Program-made: the position numbers and the translations under genes
Assembly (NCBI GenBank): GCA_963737655.1
Contig: CAVTTN010000002.1
Coordinates: 4,704,001-4,768,000 of the forward strand
Direction: 5' to 3'
Origin: an uncultured Planctomycetota bacterium
GTDB taxonomy: Bacteria; Planctomycetota; Planctomycetia; Isosphaerales; Isosphaeraceae
DNA: 64,000 nucleotides
Shown: piece after piece, positions 41,106-51,145 of the stretch
How the letters are laid out: each line of letters begins with the position of its first letter
Numbering within the stretch: position 1 is the stretch's first letter
The notes under the pieces: model-generated
Seen by the model: only the letters and a program-made list of their open reading frames with translations
What the model was told of the DNA's origin: nothing
Database searches by the model: none

Positions 41106-41285
41106 AGGAGTCCTGGACAACTCCCCGCCGGATTGCTAGTTTGGGGCGCTTTGGGACCGCCCCGCGGAACCCGCCCAGGTGGATTCTCGGGGCCTGATCG
41201 GCCGATAGATGACGAACATCGTCCCAGACGCTCCGATGACGGACGCGGGACCGTTTGGATTCGGATACCAGGAGGAGGTCTTCCC

Positions 41286-41519
41286 GTGTCTGTGGAAGAA
41301 CGCGTGATCGAGATCGTCAGCGAGCAGATGGGCGTCGCCAAGGACCAGATCAACCGCGAGACGTCGTTCGTCAACGACCTCGGGGCCGACTCCCTCGATA
41401 CCGTCGAGCTCGTCATGGAGTTCGAGGAAGAATTCGATATCACGATCCCCGACGAGGAGGCCGAGAAGATCCAGACCGTCGGCCAGGCGATCACGTATAT
41501 CGAGGAACACTCGAAATAG
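41286..41519 (+). CDS. acpP: Acyl carrier protein
   Basis: [29 protein letters not shown]. Confidence 0.97.
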   Translation: MSVEERVIEIVSEQMGVAKDQINRETSFVNDLGADSLDTVELVMEFEEEFDITIPDEEAEKIQTVGQAITYIEEHSK

Positions 41520-41523
41520 AGGC

Positions 41524-41820
41524 ATGCCCTACGTCGAGGACCCCGGCGGGCTGGACTTCGACGGGAAAGGCCCGTGGAAGGGCTTTCCCGCCGACCTCGT
41601 CGCCCGAATCCTCCATAGTTGCGAGGCGATCCTGGGCCGAGACCGCAGCCGGCTCCGGCCCGATTCCAGGTTCGTCGAAACGGGTTGGGAGTCGCTGGAA
41701 CTGGTGGAACTCGTCATGGCGATCGAGCAGGAGTTCTCGTTCCGGATCTCCGATGCCGAGGCCGAGCGGATCTCGACCATCGGCCAGCTCGTCCAATTCG
41801 TGAAGGATCGAACCGGATAA
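41524..41820 (+). CDS. Second, divergent acyl carrier protein-like protein
   Basis: GWESLELVELVMAIEQEFSFRISDAEAERISTIGQLV; stop overlaps the fabF start. Confidence 0.85.
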   Translation: MPYVEDPGGLDFDGKGPWKGFPADLVARILHSCEAILGRDRSRLRPDSRFVETGWESLELVELVMAIEQEFSFRISDAEAERISTIGQLVQFVKDRTG

Positions 41821-43058
41821 TGTCGCGTCGCGTCGTCATCACAGGAATGGGCGTGGTCACCGGCCTGGGCCACACGGTCGATGAGATGTGGAGCGGCCTG
41901 ATCGCCGGCAAGAGCGGCGTCGGCCCCCTGGACCTCTTCGATACGACCGCCTTCCGGGTCCATTTCGGCGGGCAGGTCCGCAATTTCGACCCGGTGGCCC
42001 TGTTCGGCGTCAAGGAAGCCCGCCACCTCGACCGCTTCGCCCAGTTCGCCATGAGCGCGGCGACCCAGGCCGTCGAGGATTCGGGGATCGACTGGCAGAA
42101 GGTCGAGCCGTACCGCGCGGGCGTCTACATCGGCTCGGGGATCGGCGGCCTGAACGAGTTCGAGACCCAGCACACGGCCATGATGGAGAAGGGCCCCTCG
42201 CGGATCAGCCCGTTCACCATCCCCAAGCTGATGGTCAACGCCGCCAGCGGCCACGTCTCGATCAAGTACGGGCTGAAGGGGCCGACCTCCGCGATCGCCA
42301 CCGCCTGCGCCAGCGCGGCCAACGCCATCGGCGACGCCTTCAACCTGATCCGCCTGAACCACGCCGACGCGATGATCACCGGGGGCTCCGAGGCGGCGAT
42401 CACCCACATGGGCCTCGGCGGGTTCGCCTCGATGCGGGCGCTCTCCACCCGGAACGACGACCCCACCCGCGCCAGCCGGCCGTTCGACAAGGATCGCGAC
42501 GGCTTCGTCCTCTCCGAAGGGGCCGGGATCGTGATCCTCGAAGAGGAGAGCTTCGCCCGCAAGCGAGGCGCGAGGATCTATGCCGAGGTCCTCGGCTACG
42601 GGATGAGCGCCGACGGTTCCCACATCACCGCGCCCGACGACCAGGGCCGAGGCGCGGCCCGAGCGATGCTCAACTGCCTGGCCGACGGCCGTTGCAACCC
42701 CGACCAGGTCGGTTACATCAACGCCCACGGCACCAGCACCGGCCTCGGCGACCTGGCCGAGACCCGGGCGATGAAGACCATCTTCGGCCCTTACGCGAAA
42801 GAGGGCCTGCTGGTCTCCAGCACCAAGAGCGAACTGGGGCACCTGCTCGGGGCCTCGGGAGGCGTCGAGCTGATCGCCTCGGCCCTGGCGATCCACACCG
42901 GGGTCCTCCCGCCGACGATCAACCTGGACGAGCCCGACCCCGAGTGCGACCTGGATTACATCCCCCACGTCGCCCGAGAGGCCCGCGTCGATCGGGTCAT
43001 GTCCAACAGCTTCGGGTTCGGCGGCCACAACGCGAGCCTGCTGATCGCCCGCTATTGA
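41820..43058 (+). CDS. fabF: Beta-ketoacyl-ACP synthase II
   Basis: RRVVITGMG, TACAS, NAHGTST, GHLLGA, SNSFGFGGHN. Confidence 0.97.
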   Translation: MSRRVVITGMGVVTGLGHTVDEMWSGLIAGKSGVGPLDLFDTTAFRVHFGGQVRNFDPVALFGVKEARHLDRFAQFAMSAATQAVEDSGIDWQKVEPYRAGVYIGSGIGGLNEFETQHTAMMEKGPSRISPFTIPKLMVNAASGHVSIKYGLKGPTSAIATACASAANAIGDAFNLIRLNHADAMITGGSEAAITHMGLGGFASMRALSTRNDDPTRASRPFDKDRDGFVLSEGAGIVILEEESFARKRGARIYAEVLGYGMSADGSHITAPDDQGRGAARAMLNCLADGRCNPDQVGYINAHGTSTGLGDLAETRAMKTIFGPYAKEGLLVSSTKSELGHLLGASGGVELIASALAIHTGVLPPTINLDEPDPECDLDYIPHVAREARVDRVMSNSFGFGGHNASLLIARY

Positions 43059-43065
43059 AGGCTCG

Positions 43066-43232
43066 GTCGGGTGCATGAAATGCACCGTCATGTCGGGTGC
43101 ATGAAATGCACCACACAGAAGCGGCGGCCAACGGCCGCCCACCGACCGTCCGCTCTTCGCGGGCCAGGTGAAAGTGAAGCGGCGGGCGGCCGTCGGCCGC
43201 CGGATCGCTTTGGTGCATTTCATGCACCCTAC
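43066..43232. repeat. REPIN, family A (two forward and one reverse copy) with an inner inverted repeat
   Basis: Copies at 43066-43086 and 43092-43112 (linker GTCAT); reverse copy at 43212-43232; between convergent genes. Confidence 0.9.
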
Positions 43233-43237
43233 GTTTT

Positions 43238-43906
43238 TCACCCCGCCAGGGGTGAGTCGTCATAGTGGGCGAGGAGGTCGGCCGGGTCGCGATAGATCGC
43301 GATGCAGCCGGCGCGGCGGAGGCTGGCCTCGGGGAAACCTCCGCAGAGGACTCCGACGGTCTTGAGCCCGATCTTGCCGGCGGCCTCGGCGTCGTAGGGC
43401 GTATCGCCCACGACGATGGCCTCATTCGGGTCCAGCCCGAGCTTGGCCAGGGCCGCCTGGAAGATGTCCGGGTCGGGCTTGGAGTGCTCGGCGTCGGACG
43501 ACGAGGTCTCGTGCTCCTCGGGGATCAGGTCGGCGATCCCGGCGATCTGCTTGTAGTGCTGGAGCTCCTCCTCCTTCGCGGACGAGGCCAGCGCCACGTG
43601 CTTCCCGTCGGCCAGGACGCGCTCGAGAAGCTCGCGGACCTTCGGAAACGGCCGGATTTTCGGCACAAATTCCCGCTTGAGGAGGTCCGATCGATACGCC
43701 TCCAGGGCCTTGCCGAACGAGGCGATCTCCTGAGGAGACAGGAACTCGGGCAAGAGGTGGTCGCCCCCCTTGCCGATCTGGCTCCTCACCGCCTCGAACG
43801 CGACTTCCTTGCCGAAATGACGAAACGCCTGCCGCCAAGCCTCGGCATGGGCGTCCACCGAGTCGATCAACGTCCCATCGATGTCGAAAATCACGGCGCG
43901 GATCAA
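43238..43906 (-). CDS. HAD-family hydrolase
   Basis: FDIDGTLIDS, SKPDPDIF, VGDTPYD; TTG start assumed. Confidence 0.9.
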   Translation of the reverse strand: MIRAVIFDIDGTLIDSVDAHAEAWRQAFRHFGKEVAFEAVRSQIGKGGDHLLPEFLSPQEIASFGKALEAYRSDLLKREFVPKIRPFPKVRELLERVLADGKHVALASSAKEEELQHYKQIAGIADLIPEEHETSSSDAEHSKPDPDIFQAALAKLGLDPNEAIVVGDTPYDAEAAGKIGLKTVGVLCGGFPEASLRRAGCIAIYRDPADLLAHYDDSPLAG

Positions 43907-43960
43907 GGGAATGCCTCGCGGTCCCGGGCCCCTCGCGAACGGATCGCAAGGGTCCGGGAC

Positions 43961-43976
43961 CGCAATCGGCGCGCCG
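43961..43976 (-). promoter_or_regulatory. Sigma-54-type -24/-12 site upstream of the HAD gene
   Basis: Minus strand CGGCGCGCCGATTGCG. Confidence 0.5.
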
Positions 43977-43987
43977 GCAGAAAGCAA

Positions 43988-44065
43988 TGGGCAGTGGGCA
44001 GTGGGCAGTGGGCAGTGGGCAGTGGGCAGAGTGGGCAGCCCCCGTAGGGCCAGCCGAGGCCGGCC
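43988..44065. repeat. Heptamer array (TGGGCAG)6+1 followed by a lone family C-like REP
   Basis: Units at 43988-44029 and 44032-44038; GTAGGGCCAGCCGAGGCCGGCC at 44044-44065. Confidence 0.9.
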
Positions 44066-44082
44066 CTCCGAGGACGAATCAC

Positions 44083-44589
44083 TCAACCGCCCGGCAGCTT
44101 GTAGAAGAAGTGAGGCCAGGGGAACGGCCCGGGCCCGGGAACCCAGGGGTCGAGGTCGTAGACCGGGACCCACACGCCGTGCGAGTAATATCCGCAAACC
44201 GGCTGGAACGGGTGGACGAAGTTCGACAGGGCCCGAAAGGGCATCCGGTTGGAGCTCGGGTTGGGCTTGGTCAGCCCCGCGCTCCCGGCGAAATACGGCG
44301 GGTAGGCCCCGGTGTGGGTGTCCTTGAACTTCATCCCGTACAGGCCGCCGGTCTTGATCGCGTTGGGGTAGCCGATCCCCGGGTAATTCGCCCAGCGGGT
44401 GTTGTAATAGAGGTCGCGATGGGGGTCGGGCGGCAGGTTCGGCACGATCGGGGTGAAGCGGGTGATCAGCCCGCTGCGCTCATCCATACGGGGGATGATC
44501 GGCGCAGGGTCCTGGCCCCGCGCCGCCCCGCCGGCCATCAGGCCGATCGCGACGCAGGCCGAGGCCAGGATCGGAAGGGGTCGGATCAT
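44083..44589 (-). CDS. Exported Pro/Tyr/Gly-rich hypothetical protein
   Basis: Signal peptide ending AARG; AGGAG RBS; strong GC3 bias. Confidence 0.8.
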   Translation of the reverse strand: MIRPLPILASACVAIGLMAGGAARGQDPAPIIPRMDERSGLITRFTPIVPNLPPDPHRDLYYNTRWANYPGIGYPNAIKTGGLYGMKFKDTHTGAYPPYFAGSAGLTKPNPSSNRMPFRALSNFVHPFQPVCGYYSHGVWVPVYDLDPWVPGPGPFPWPHFFYKLPGG

Positions 44590-44692
44590 GAACGGGTCTC
44601 CTCCTGAGACGACACGGACGGGACATCCCGAGAGGGCACTCGTCCCACGATGGACCGAGGCCCCCTCGGCTTCCGGACAGATGGCCGAACGA

Positions 44693-45781
44693 TCAGGGGA
44701 CGATCTCCGAGAACGGCGGGAAGGCGAAGAAGTCCCGGGGGGACCGGACCGGGTTCACGTAGGGGACGTACCCGGGCGTCAGGGGGACCGGCCCACCGGG
44801 GCCGACGAAGTATTTCACGTCGCCGTGGTGCAAGACCTTCGAGGCCAGGCCCAGGGGCAGGCCGAGCAGGCTCTTCGCCTTGGCGCAGAAGGAGCAGCCG
44901 CGGCCTCCGCAATGCGAGCAGCCGCCGCCGTTGCCGCCCCGGCACAGGCCGCAGCCCCGGCCTCCGCACGATCCGCAGCCCCGAGAGGGGTCGCCGGCCA
45001 TCCCGCGACCGAAGCACGAGCCGCAACCGTTCCCGCCGCACGACCGGCACAGCAGTTTATTCAGCAAGCCCGAGCCTCCGCAGAGGCCGCAGCCCCCTCG
45101 GGCGCCGTGGCCGGTCCCGAGGCAGCCTCCGCAGACCACCGGCGCCTGGCCCGAGGCCATCACCGGGGCCGCCCCCACGGTCTTCGCCGGCACCGCCGGA
45201 ATGCCCTGGGCCGAGCCCTGGACCGTCCCGCAACCGGGCCCCACGCAGGCCATCCCCGTGTCTCCCGAGTGGCCGAGGCCGCCGAGTCCGGCCCCGCCGT
45301 GAACATGACCGTGGCCTCCGCCGGGATCGAACCCGTGGAACAGCCCGCCCGAGCCCAGGCCGCCCGAGCCCAGACCGGCCCCGGCCCCGAGGCCCAGGCC
45401 GTGGCATCGGCCGCAGCCCGATCCCGCGCATCCGCCGCAGGGACCGCCGTTGTTGCGACCCCCTCCGCCGCACAGGCCGCACAGGCCCGATCCGCACTTC
45501 GAGCACAGGCCCTTGACCTTGCCCACCAGGCCGTGGACGGCCCCGAACGTCAGCCCGGCGGCGCTCTTCACGCAGCCGATGTAATCGTCCTTCGCGTAAT
45601 GTCCGTAGGGGATCGGCGGCGCCATCATGACGTCTCCGGTCCGATAATCCATCGCCAGGGTCTCGCGGGGGATCGTCCTGTGGAAGATCCCGCCCGCCCT
45701 CGCCGCGACGGCCTGGCCCATCGCGAGGCAAATCCCCAGGGCGATCGTCGCGACCGCCCTTCGCCCAGTGCCGGAACGCAT
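44693..45781 (-). CDS. Exported Cys/Gly-rich protein with 12 CxxC motifs
   Basis: Signal peptide; repeated CxxCxGxG; C-terminal VRSPRDFF. Confidence 0.8.
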   Translation of the reverse strand: MRSGTGRRAVATIALGICLAMGQAVAARAGGIFHRTIPRETLAMDYRTGDVMMAPPIPYGHYAKDDYIGCVKSAAGLTFGAVHGLVGKVKGLCSKCGSGLCGLCGGGGRNNGGPCGGCAGSGCGRCHGLGLGAGAGLGSGGLGSGGLFHGFDPGGGHGHVHGGAGLGGLGHSGDTGMACVGPGCGTVQGSAQGIPAVPAKTVGAAPVMASGQAPVVCGGCLGTGHGARGGCGLCGGSGLLNKLLCRSCGGNGCGSCFGRGMAGDPSRGCGSCGGRGCGLCRGGNGGGCSHCGGRGCSFCAKAKSLLGLPLGLASKVLHHGDVKYFVGPGGPVPLTPGYVPYVNPVRSPRDFFAFPPFSEIVP

Positions 45782-46309
45782 GGTCACTCCCTTATCGCGT
45801 GCTGAAGGCTCCCTCCTGGAGTGTCCTGGTCCGGGCATGCGATCGCCGGCCGCCCGCCGTCCTCTGCGGGGCCGACGCCCTCCCTGGTCGTCTCGCCGAA
45901 GCCGCCGAACTGTCCGGTCCGGACCGCGCCACGCCCTTCCCAGGGCTTCGCGGCTTCCCGACCCACCGGGGCTTCGCCAATCTCCCATCGACCAATCCGG
46001 CGCGGAATCTGGAGAGAAAGCGGAGACTCGGGGCTTTCCTCGCGGACCGAATTCCTCATCTGAGACCACGACTCGTCGTCCTGCCCCGACAGGGAGATCG
46101 TTCCGAGCCGGTAACTTGACGACCGCAGACGTTGCGGTCAAACTCACACGCGTTGGGGGATCGTCGATGGGGCCAGCCTCTCCATCAAGCCGATATCGCC
46201 GGATCGGGAGCCTGCCGTCATCCCCTCGAACCGATCACCGATGCCCGGATCCGGTGAACTGAATCCGGCCGTTGTTGAGCCGGGAGACCCGAGGGTATGA
46301 TCGCCTTTC

Positions 46310-46789
46310 ATGGGACCCACCGTATACATTGAGACGACCTCCCGAGCTACCTGACGGCGTGGCCGAGCCGCGATCTGGTGCGGGCTGGAGAGCAGCAGGT
46401 GACCCGAGACTGGTGGGACCAACGTTCCGACTACGAACTGCGGGTCTCTTCGCTGGTACTCCTGGAACGTGGGGCCGGCGACCCCGAGGCGGCGCGCCGT
46501 CGCCTGTCGGCCCTGGACGGCGTGCCCATCTGGGCCCAGTCCCGAGAGGCGGACGCCCTGGCAGGCAACCTCCTGAGGGATGTCCCCCTGCCTCCGAGGG
46601 CCGCGCTCGATGCCCTGCATATCGCCCTGGCGGCGGTGAATGGCGCCTCCTATCTTTTGACGTGGAATTGCGCACATCGCCAACGCCACTCTGAGGCCGA
46701 GGATCGAGGAGGTCTGCCGGCGGGCGGGCTATGAGCCGCCGGTGATCTGTACGCCGAGGGAGCCCCTGGGCGAGGAGAGGGCCACATGA
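46310..46789 (+). pseudogene. PIN-domain (VapC-like) protein with two frameshifts (~46340, ~46672); error or true pseudogene
   Basis: Reconstructed VYIETT.PSYLTA...TRDWW...DALHIALA...YLLTWNC.HIANA...PVICTP. Confidence 0.75.
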
Positions 46790-47022
46790 AGGATGACATC
46801 CTGGCGGACTTGCGGGCCTGGCGCGACGAGTTCGCGCGAGCTCATGGATACGATCTCGGTGCGATTGCGGAGATCTTGAGAAAGTTGGACGCCGAGACCG
46901 GGAATCGGGTCACGCGCGACGAGCCGCGACACCCGACCGTCGTGCCCTCTCCCGGGGCTCTCGCCACCCATCCTTCGCGAGCCTGGAACGAACTCGAACG
47001 GCCGGACCCCGCCCTCCCGTAA
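46786..47022 (+). CDS. Small partner (putative antitoxin) of the PIN protein
   Basis: ATGA overlap with the PIN stop; DDILADLRAWRDEFARAHGYDLGAI. Confidence 0.7.
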   Translation: MKDDILADLRAWRDEFARAHGYDLGAIAEILRKLDAETGNRVTRDEPRHPTVVPSPGALATHPSRAWNELERPDPALP

Positions 47023-47058
47023 CCGAAAATCCGTCCACGGGCATGGAATTCCCCCCCG

Positions 47059-50000
47059 ATGCCGATCCAGGTCCGCTGCCCCAACCCGGCGTGCTCGCAC
47101 TCCTACAGCGTGACGAGCGAGCAGCTCCCCGCCAAGGGACGCTGCAAGAGGTGCGGGCATGTTTTTCGGTTGTCCGGCTCCGTCGAGGGTGCCCCGGGGA
47201 TCGGCTCGGGCCCGGCTCGGAGTGTTTCGCGGGATTCGTCGATCCCGGAACGGATCGGCCGCTTCCAGGTGCTCAATCGCCTGGGTGCGGGGGCGTTCGG
47301 GACGGTTTATCGGGCCTTTGATCCGAGCCTGGATCGCGAGGTTGCGCTGAAGGTGCCCCAGACCGCGTTGCTCGACTCCCCGAAGGCGAAGGAGCGATTC
47401 CTCCGCGAAGCGAGGGCCGCCGCCCGGCTCCGCCACCCGCGGATCGTGCCGCTTTTCGAGGCCGGTTTCGATCAGGATCGCCATTACATCGCCTCGGCGT
47501 TCATCGAGGGGACGACGCTCGCCGACCTCGTCGAGCCGGGCGGCGTCGGCTGGGATCGCGCGGCGAGGATCGCGCTCCAGCTTGCCGAGGCGCTGCACTA
47601 TGCGCACTCGGAAAAGATCGTCCACCGCGACGTGAAGCCCTCGAACGTCATGATCGACGTCAAGGGAGACGCCCACCTGATGGATTTCGGCCTCGCCCGG
47701 TTCGAGCTGTCCGAGGAGAGGCTCACGCAGGACGGCGCGATCCTCGGGACGCCCGCCTACATGGCCCCCGAGCAGGCCACCGGCCGGAGCGGCGAGGCCA
47801 ACGCCCTGAGCGATCAGTACAGCCTCGGCGCCACCCTGTACGAGCTGCTTTGCGGCCGTCCGCCGTTCTCCGGGCCTCCCGAAGTGGTCCTGTTCCTCGT
47901 GACGCAGAGGGAGCCCGACCGGCCCCGGGCCGTGAATCCGGGCGTCCCTCGCGACCTGGAAACGATCTGTTTGAAGGCGATGGCCAAGGCGCCCGCGGAC
48001 CGTTACGCCGATTGCGGGGACCTGGCCGACGACCTCCGCCGGTGGCTCATGGACGAGTCGATCCGGGCGAGGCGGCAGACGGTCCCGGAACGGGCCCGGC
48101 GCTGGGTCCGCAAGAACGCGATGGTGGCCGGCCTGACCGTCGCGGTCGTCCTGAGCCTGGCCGTCGGCACGGTGGCGACCTCGTTCCTGGCGATCCGCGC
48201 CTCGATGCTGGCCCGGCAGTCCGCCGAGCTGGCCCGCCGATCCGATCGGCTGGCCAGGCAGGCCGACCGCGACGCCAGGGAGGCCCGGACGCAGGCCGAT
48301 CGGGCGATCCTGGCCGAGCGGCAGATCGCCGACGAGGTGGATCGGGCCCGGGTCGCCCGTCGTCAGGCGCAGAGGGAAGCGGCCGACTCGACCTTGCAGA
48401 GGGCCATCGGCCTCTGCGAGGCCGGGGAGGTCGGCCACGGCCTCCTCTGGCTGGCCCGAGGGCATGGCCTGGCCCGGGATGCCGGCGACCTCGCCCTGGA
48501 AGAAGCCTATCGCTGGAACATCCAGGCGTGGCAGGAACGCCACCCGTTGCTGGAACGCATCCTGGTCCATCCGGCGAACGTCGAGAGCGCCGCGTTCAGC
48601 GTCGATGGCTCAAAAATCTTCACCGGGGGGGCCGACGGCAAGCTCCGCATCTGGGACGTCGCGACGGGCGCCGAGCTCGAGAACCCGATGAGCCACCCGG
48701 CCGGACTGGTCGGCCTGGGCGTGGTCCCGAACGGGGATCTGGTCATCACCACGTGTCGGGACGAGCACATCCGAATCTGGGACTGGGCCCGCCGGGCCGA
48801 GGTCCAGTCGATCGCGATGAAAGGGGCCGGGAACCTGGCCATCGACCCCAGGGGGGGCCGATTCCTGGTCGGCTCGTGGGAGGGGGCCTTCCTGTTCTCG
48901 ATCGAGACCGGCCTGCAAATCAAGGCGTTGAAGGGGCGGCCCGACGACAAGCCGTATGCGATCGAGGCCGTGGCCTTCTACCCCGACGGCTCCCCCGTGA
49001 CCGTGAACAACGCGACCCAGGGGATGGTCTGGGACGGGGCGACCCTCCAGCAGAGCAGCACGTCCTTCCCGACCGCCGTGAAGGGCATTCGGACCCTCAG
49101 CGTCGCCGTGAGCCCGGACGGCAAGGTCCTCGCCACCGGGCAATTGTTCGATCACACCGTGCGGTTCCTCGACGCCCATTCCAAGCAGAGGCTCGGCTCG
49201 GGACGGCATTCGGCGACGGTCCAGCGCCTGAGCTTCCACCCCGACGGCACGATGCTCGCCAGCGGGTCGGACGATACGACGGTCCGGCTCTGGGACGTCC
49301 CGTCGTTCGAGCTGGCGGCCCCTCACCTGCTCCACGGGGGCCCGGTCCGGGTCTGCCAGTTCGACCCGTCGGGCGAGCGGCTGATCACCGGCGGCCCCAG
49401 CGGCCAGGTGAAGCTCTGGAGGCTCCGCCCTCGCCAGCCGTTCCGCTCGATCGCCTCGAAGGAGAACCTCAACGCCCTGGCGTTCTCGCCCGGAGGGTCG
49501 AAGCTGGCGTCTTCGTCGCTGACAGAGGACGGGGTGAGGATCCACGACGTCGCCACCGGCGAATTGCTGGTTCATGCGCCGAGCCGGACCGGCTGGGCCC
49601 TGATCGGCGACTTCCTGCCCGACGGGAAATCGGCCATCGTGGCGATCAACGGCGCCCCCGGGGTCAGCAACCGCCTCTATCGCTGGGACCTCCACGGCGA
49701 TCTCCGGGCCCAGGAGATCGCCCAGGAGTCCGAGGAGATCTGGCGATTGACGCTCTCCGGCGACGGCCGCCGGGTCGCCTTCGGCTGCCTGGGCTCTCAT
49801 GGCCACATCCTGCCCCTGGAACCGGGGGAGAAGGCGAGCCCCCGATGCGCCACGCCGCGAACGTGTTCGGGATGGCCTTCGATCCCGAGGGCCGGCGCGT
49901 CCTGACCGGCAGCTCCGACGGCACCACCCGGTTCTGGGACGCGAAGACCGGCAAGCCCCTGGGCCCCGCCCAGAAGCACGGGGTCCAGATCCTCAGCGTG

Positions 50001-50468
50001 GCGTTCCGCCCCGACGGCCGGGAATACGCGACGGCCGGCTCCGATCGCTTCGTCCGCCGATGGGACGCGACCAGCCAGCGCGCCCTGATGCCGAGCGTCC
50101 AGCATCGCGACGAGGTCACCAAGGTGGTGTACCTCGCCGACGGCACCCTGCTCTTCACCGGGAGCAAGGACGGCACGGCCCGGTTCTGGCACGTGGCCAC
50201 GGGCAGGACCGTCGGGGCGCCGATGACCCACGACCTGGCCGTCATCGGCATCGCCCGCGACCTCGGCGGCACGATCGTCGCCACCGGGGGCCAGGAGGGC
50301 ACGATCAAGCTCTGGCAGACCCCCCGGAAGGCCGACCCGGACCTCGACTTCGTCCCGGAAATGGAACGGCTGACCGGGATGAGGCTCGACGAGGAGCTGT
50401 CGGTCCGCCTGATGACGCCCTCGGAATGGGAAGCCCGGGGCGGCCGTTCGGTCCGGTTCGATCCCTGA
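47059..50468 (+). CDS. Ser/Thr protein kinase with N-terminal zinc ribbon, TM helix and WD40 repeats; frameshift near 49830
   Basis: CPNPAC...CKRC; LGAGAFG, VALK, HRDVKPSN, DFG, YMAPE; many WD repeats. Confidence 0.92.
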
Positions 50469-50508
50469 TCCGTACCCATCCCCCCGATCCCCTCAGGAGG
50501 GCCGCGGA

Positions 50509-51015
50509 ATGCCCTACGATGCCAGTTGCCACCTCTGGCCCGATCGCGACGACGCCTTCTTCCGGGACCGGGACGTCCGGCCGAGGAGGCAGGCCGGCCC
50601 CCATTGCGTCTCGACCGTCCTGGCGATGCTCTCCGGCCGGGAGCCGACCGACTTCCAGGGGCGAGTCAACACGCAAGACCCGGTCTCCTGGTCCTCCGCG
50701 CTCCGGGAGACCGGGATGAAGCTGGCCTACTGCCCGACCGACGCCCGGCGATTGCGCTTCTACCTCCCGGAATTGCTCGCCCTGGACGACCTGTTCACCC
50801 TGAGCTTCTACACCCCCGGCGACCCGGCCGATCTCCTCCGCGACCCCGACGATCGCGGCTGGGTCTGCGGCTCCCACATCGTCCTCCTCCACCGAGGCGC
50901 GATCCTCGACCCGGCCTCCGGCACCCGTTCGGAGGCGCTTTCTCATCCCATCATGAATCAACACACGAAACGGATCTTCCGGGTCGTCCCCTCGGGCCAT
51001 GACCGAGGGATCTAG
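50509..51015 (+). CDS. Hypothetical protein with a papain/C39-like Cys-His-Asp pattern
   Basis: AGGAGG RBS; RQAGPHCVSTVLAML...SHIVLL...ILDP. Confidence 0.65.
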   Translation: MPYDASCHLWPDRDDAFFRDRDVRPRRQAGPHCVSTVLAMLSGREPTDFQGRVNTQDPVSWSSALRETGMKLAYCPTDARRLRFYLPELLALDDLFTLSFYTPGDPADLLRDPDDRGWVCGSHIVLLHRGAILDPASGTRSEALSHPIMNQHTKRIFRVVPSGHDRGI

Positions 51016-51145
51016 TCTCCCATGTTCCTTTGAATGGTGATGGCTTGAAGAACATCACTTGTCGGTTACACTGGGCGCCCCCCAGAGCGCCGGGATGGGT
51101 CCGGTCGTTGTTCTTCAAACCTTTTGTGACGGGGGAGAGTGCCTC

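Noticed and set aside
43066..43232. CRISPR array from the repeated palindromic 21-mers
   Set aside because: Only 2-3 copies per locus, 5-bp linkers, inverted orientation and no cas genes; this is REP architecture.
45400..45420. c-type cytochrome heme motif CGRCH in the Cys-rich protein
   Set aside because: One CxxCH among 12 CxxC motifs in low-complexity sequence; it fits the CxxCxGxG repeat equally well.
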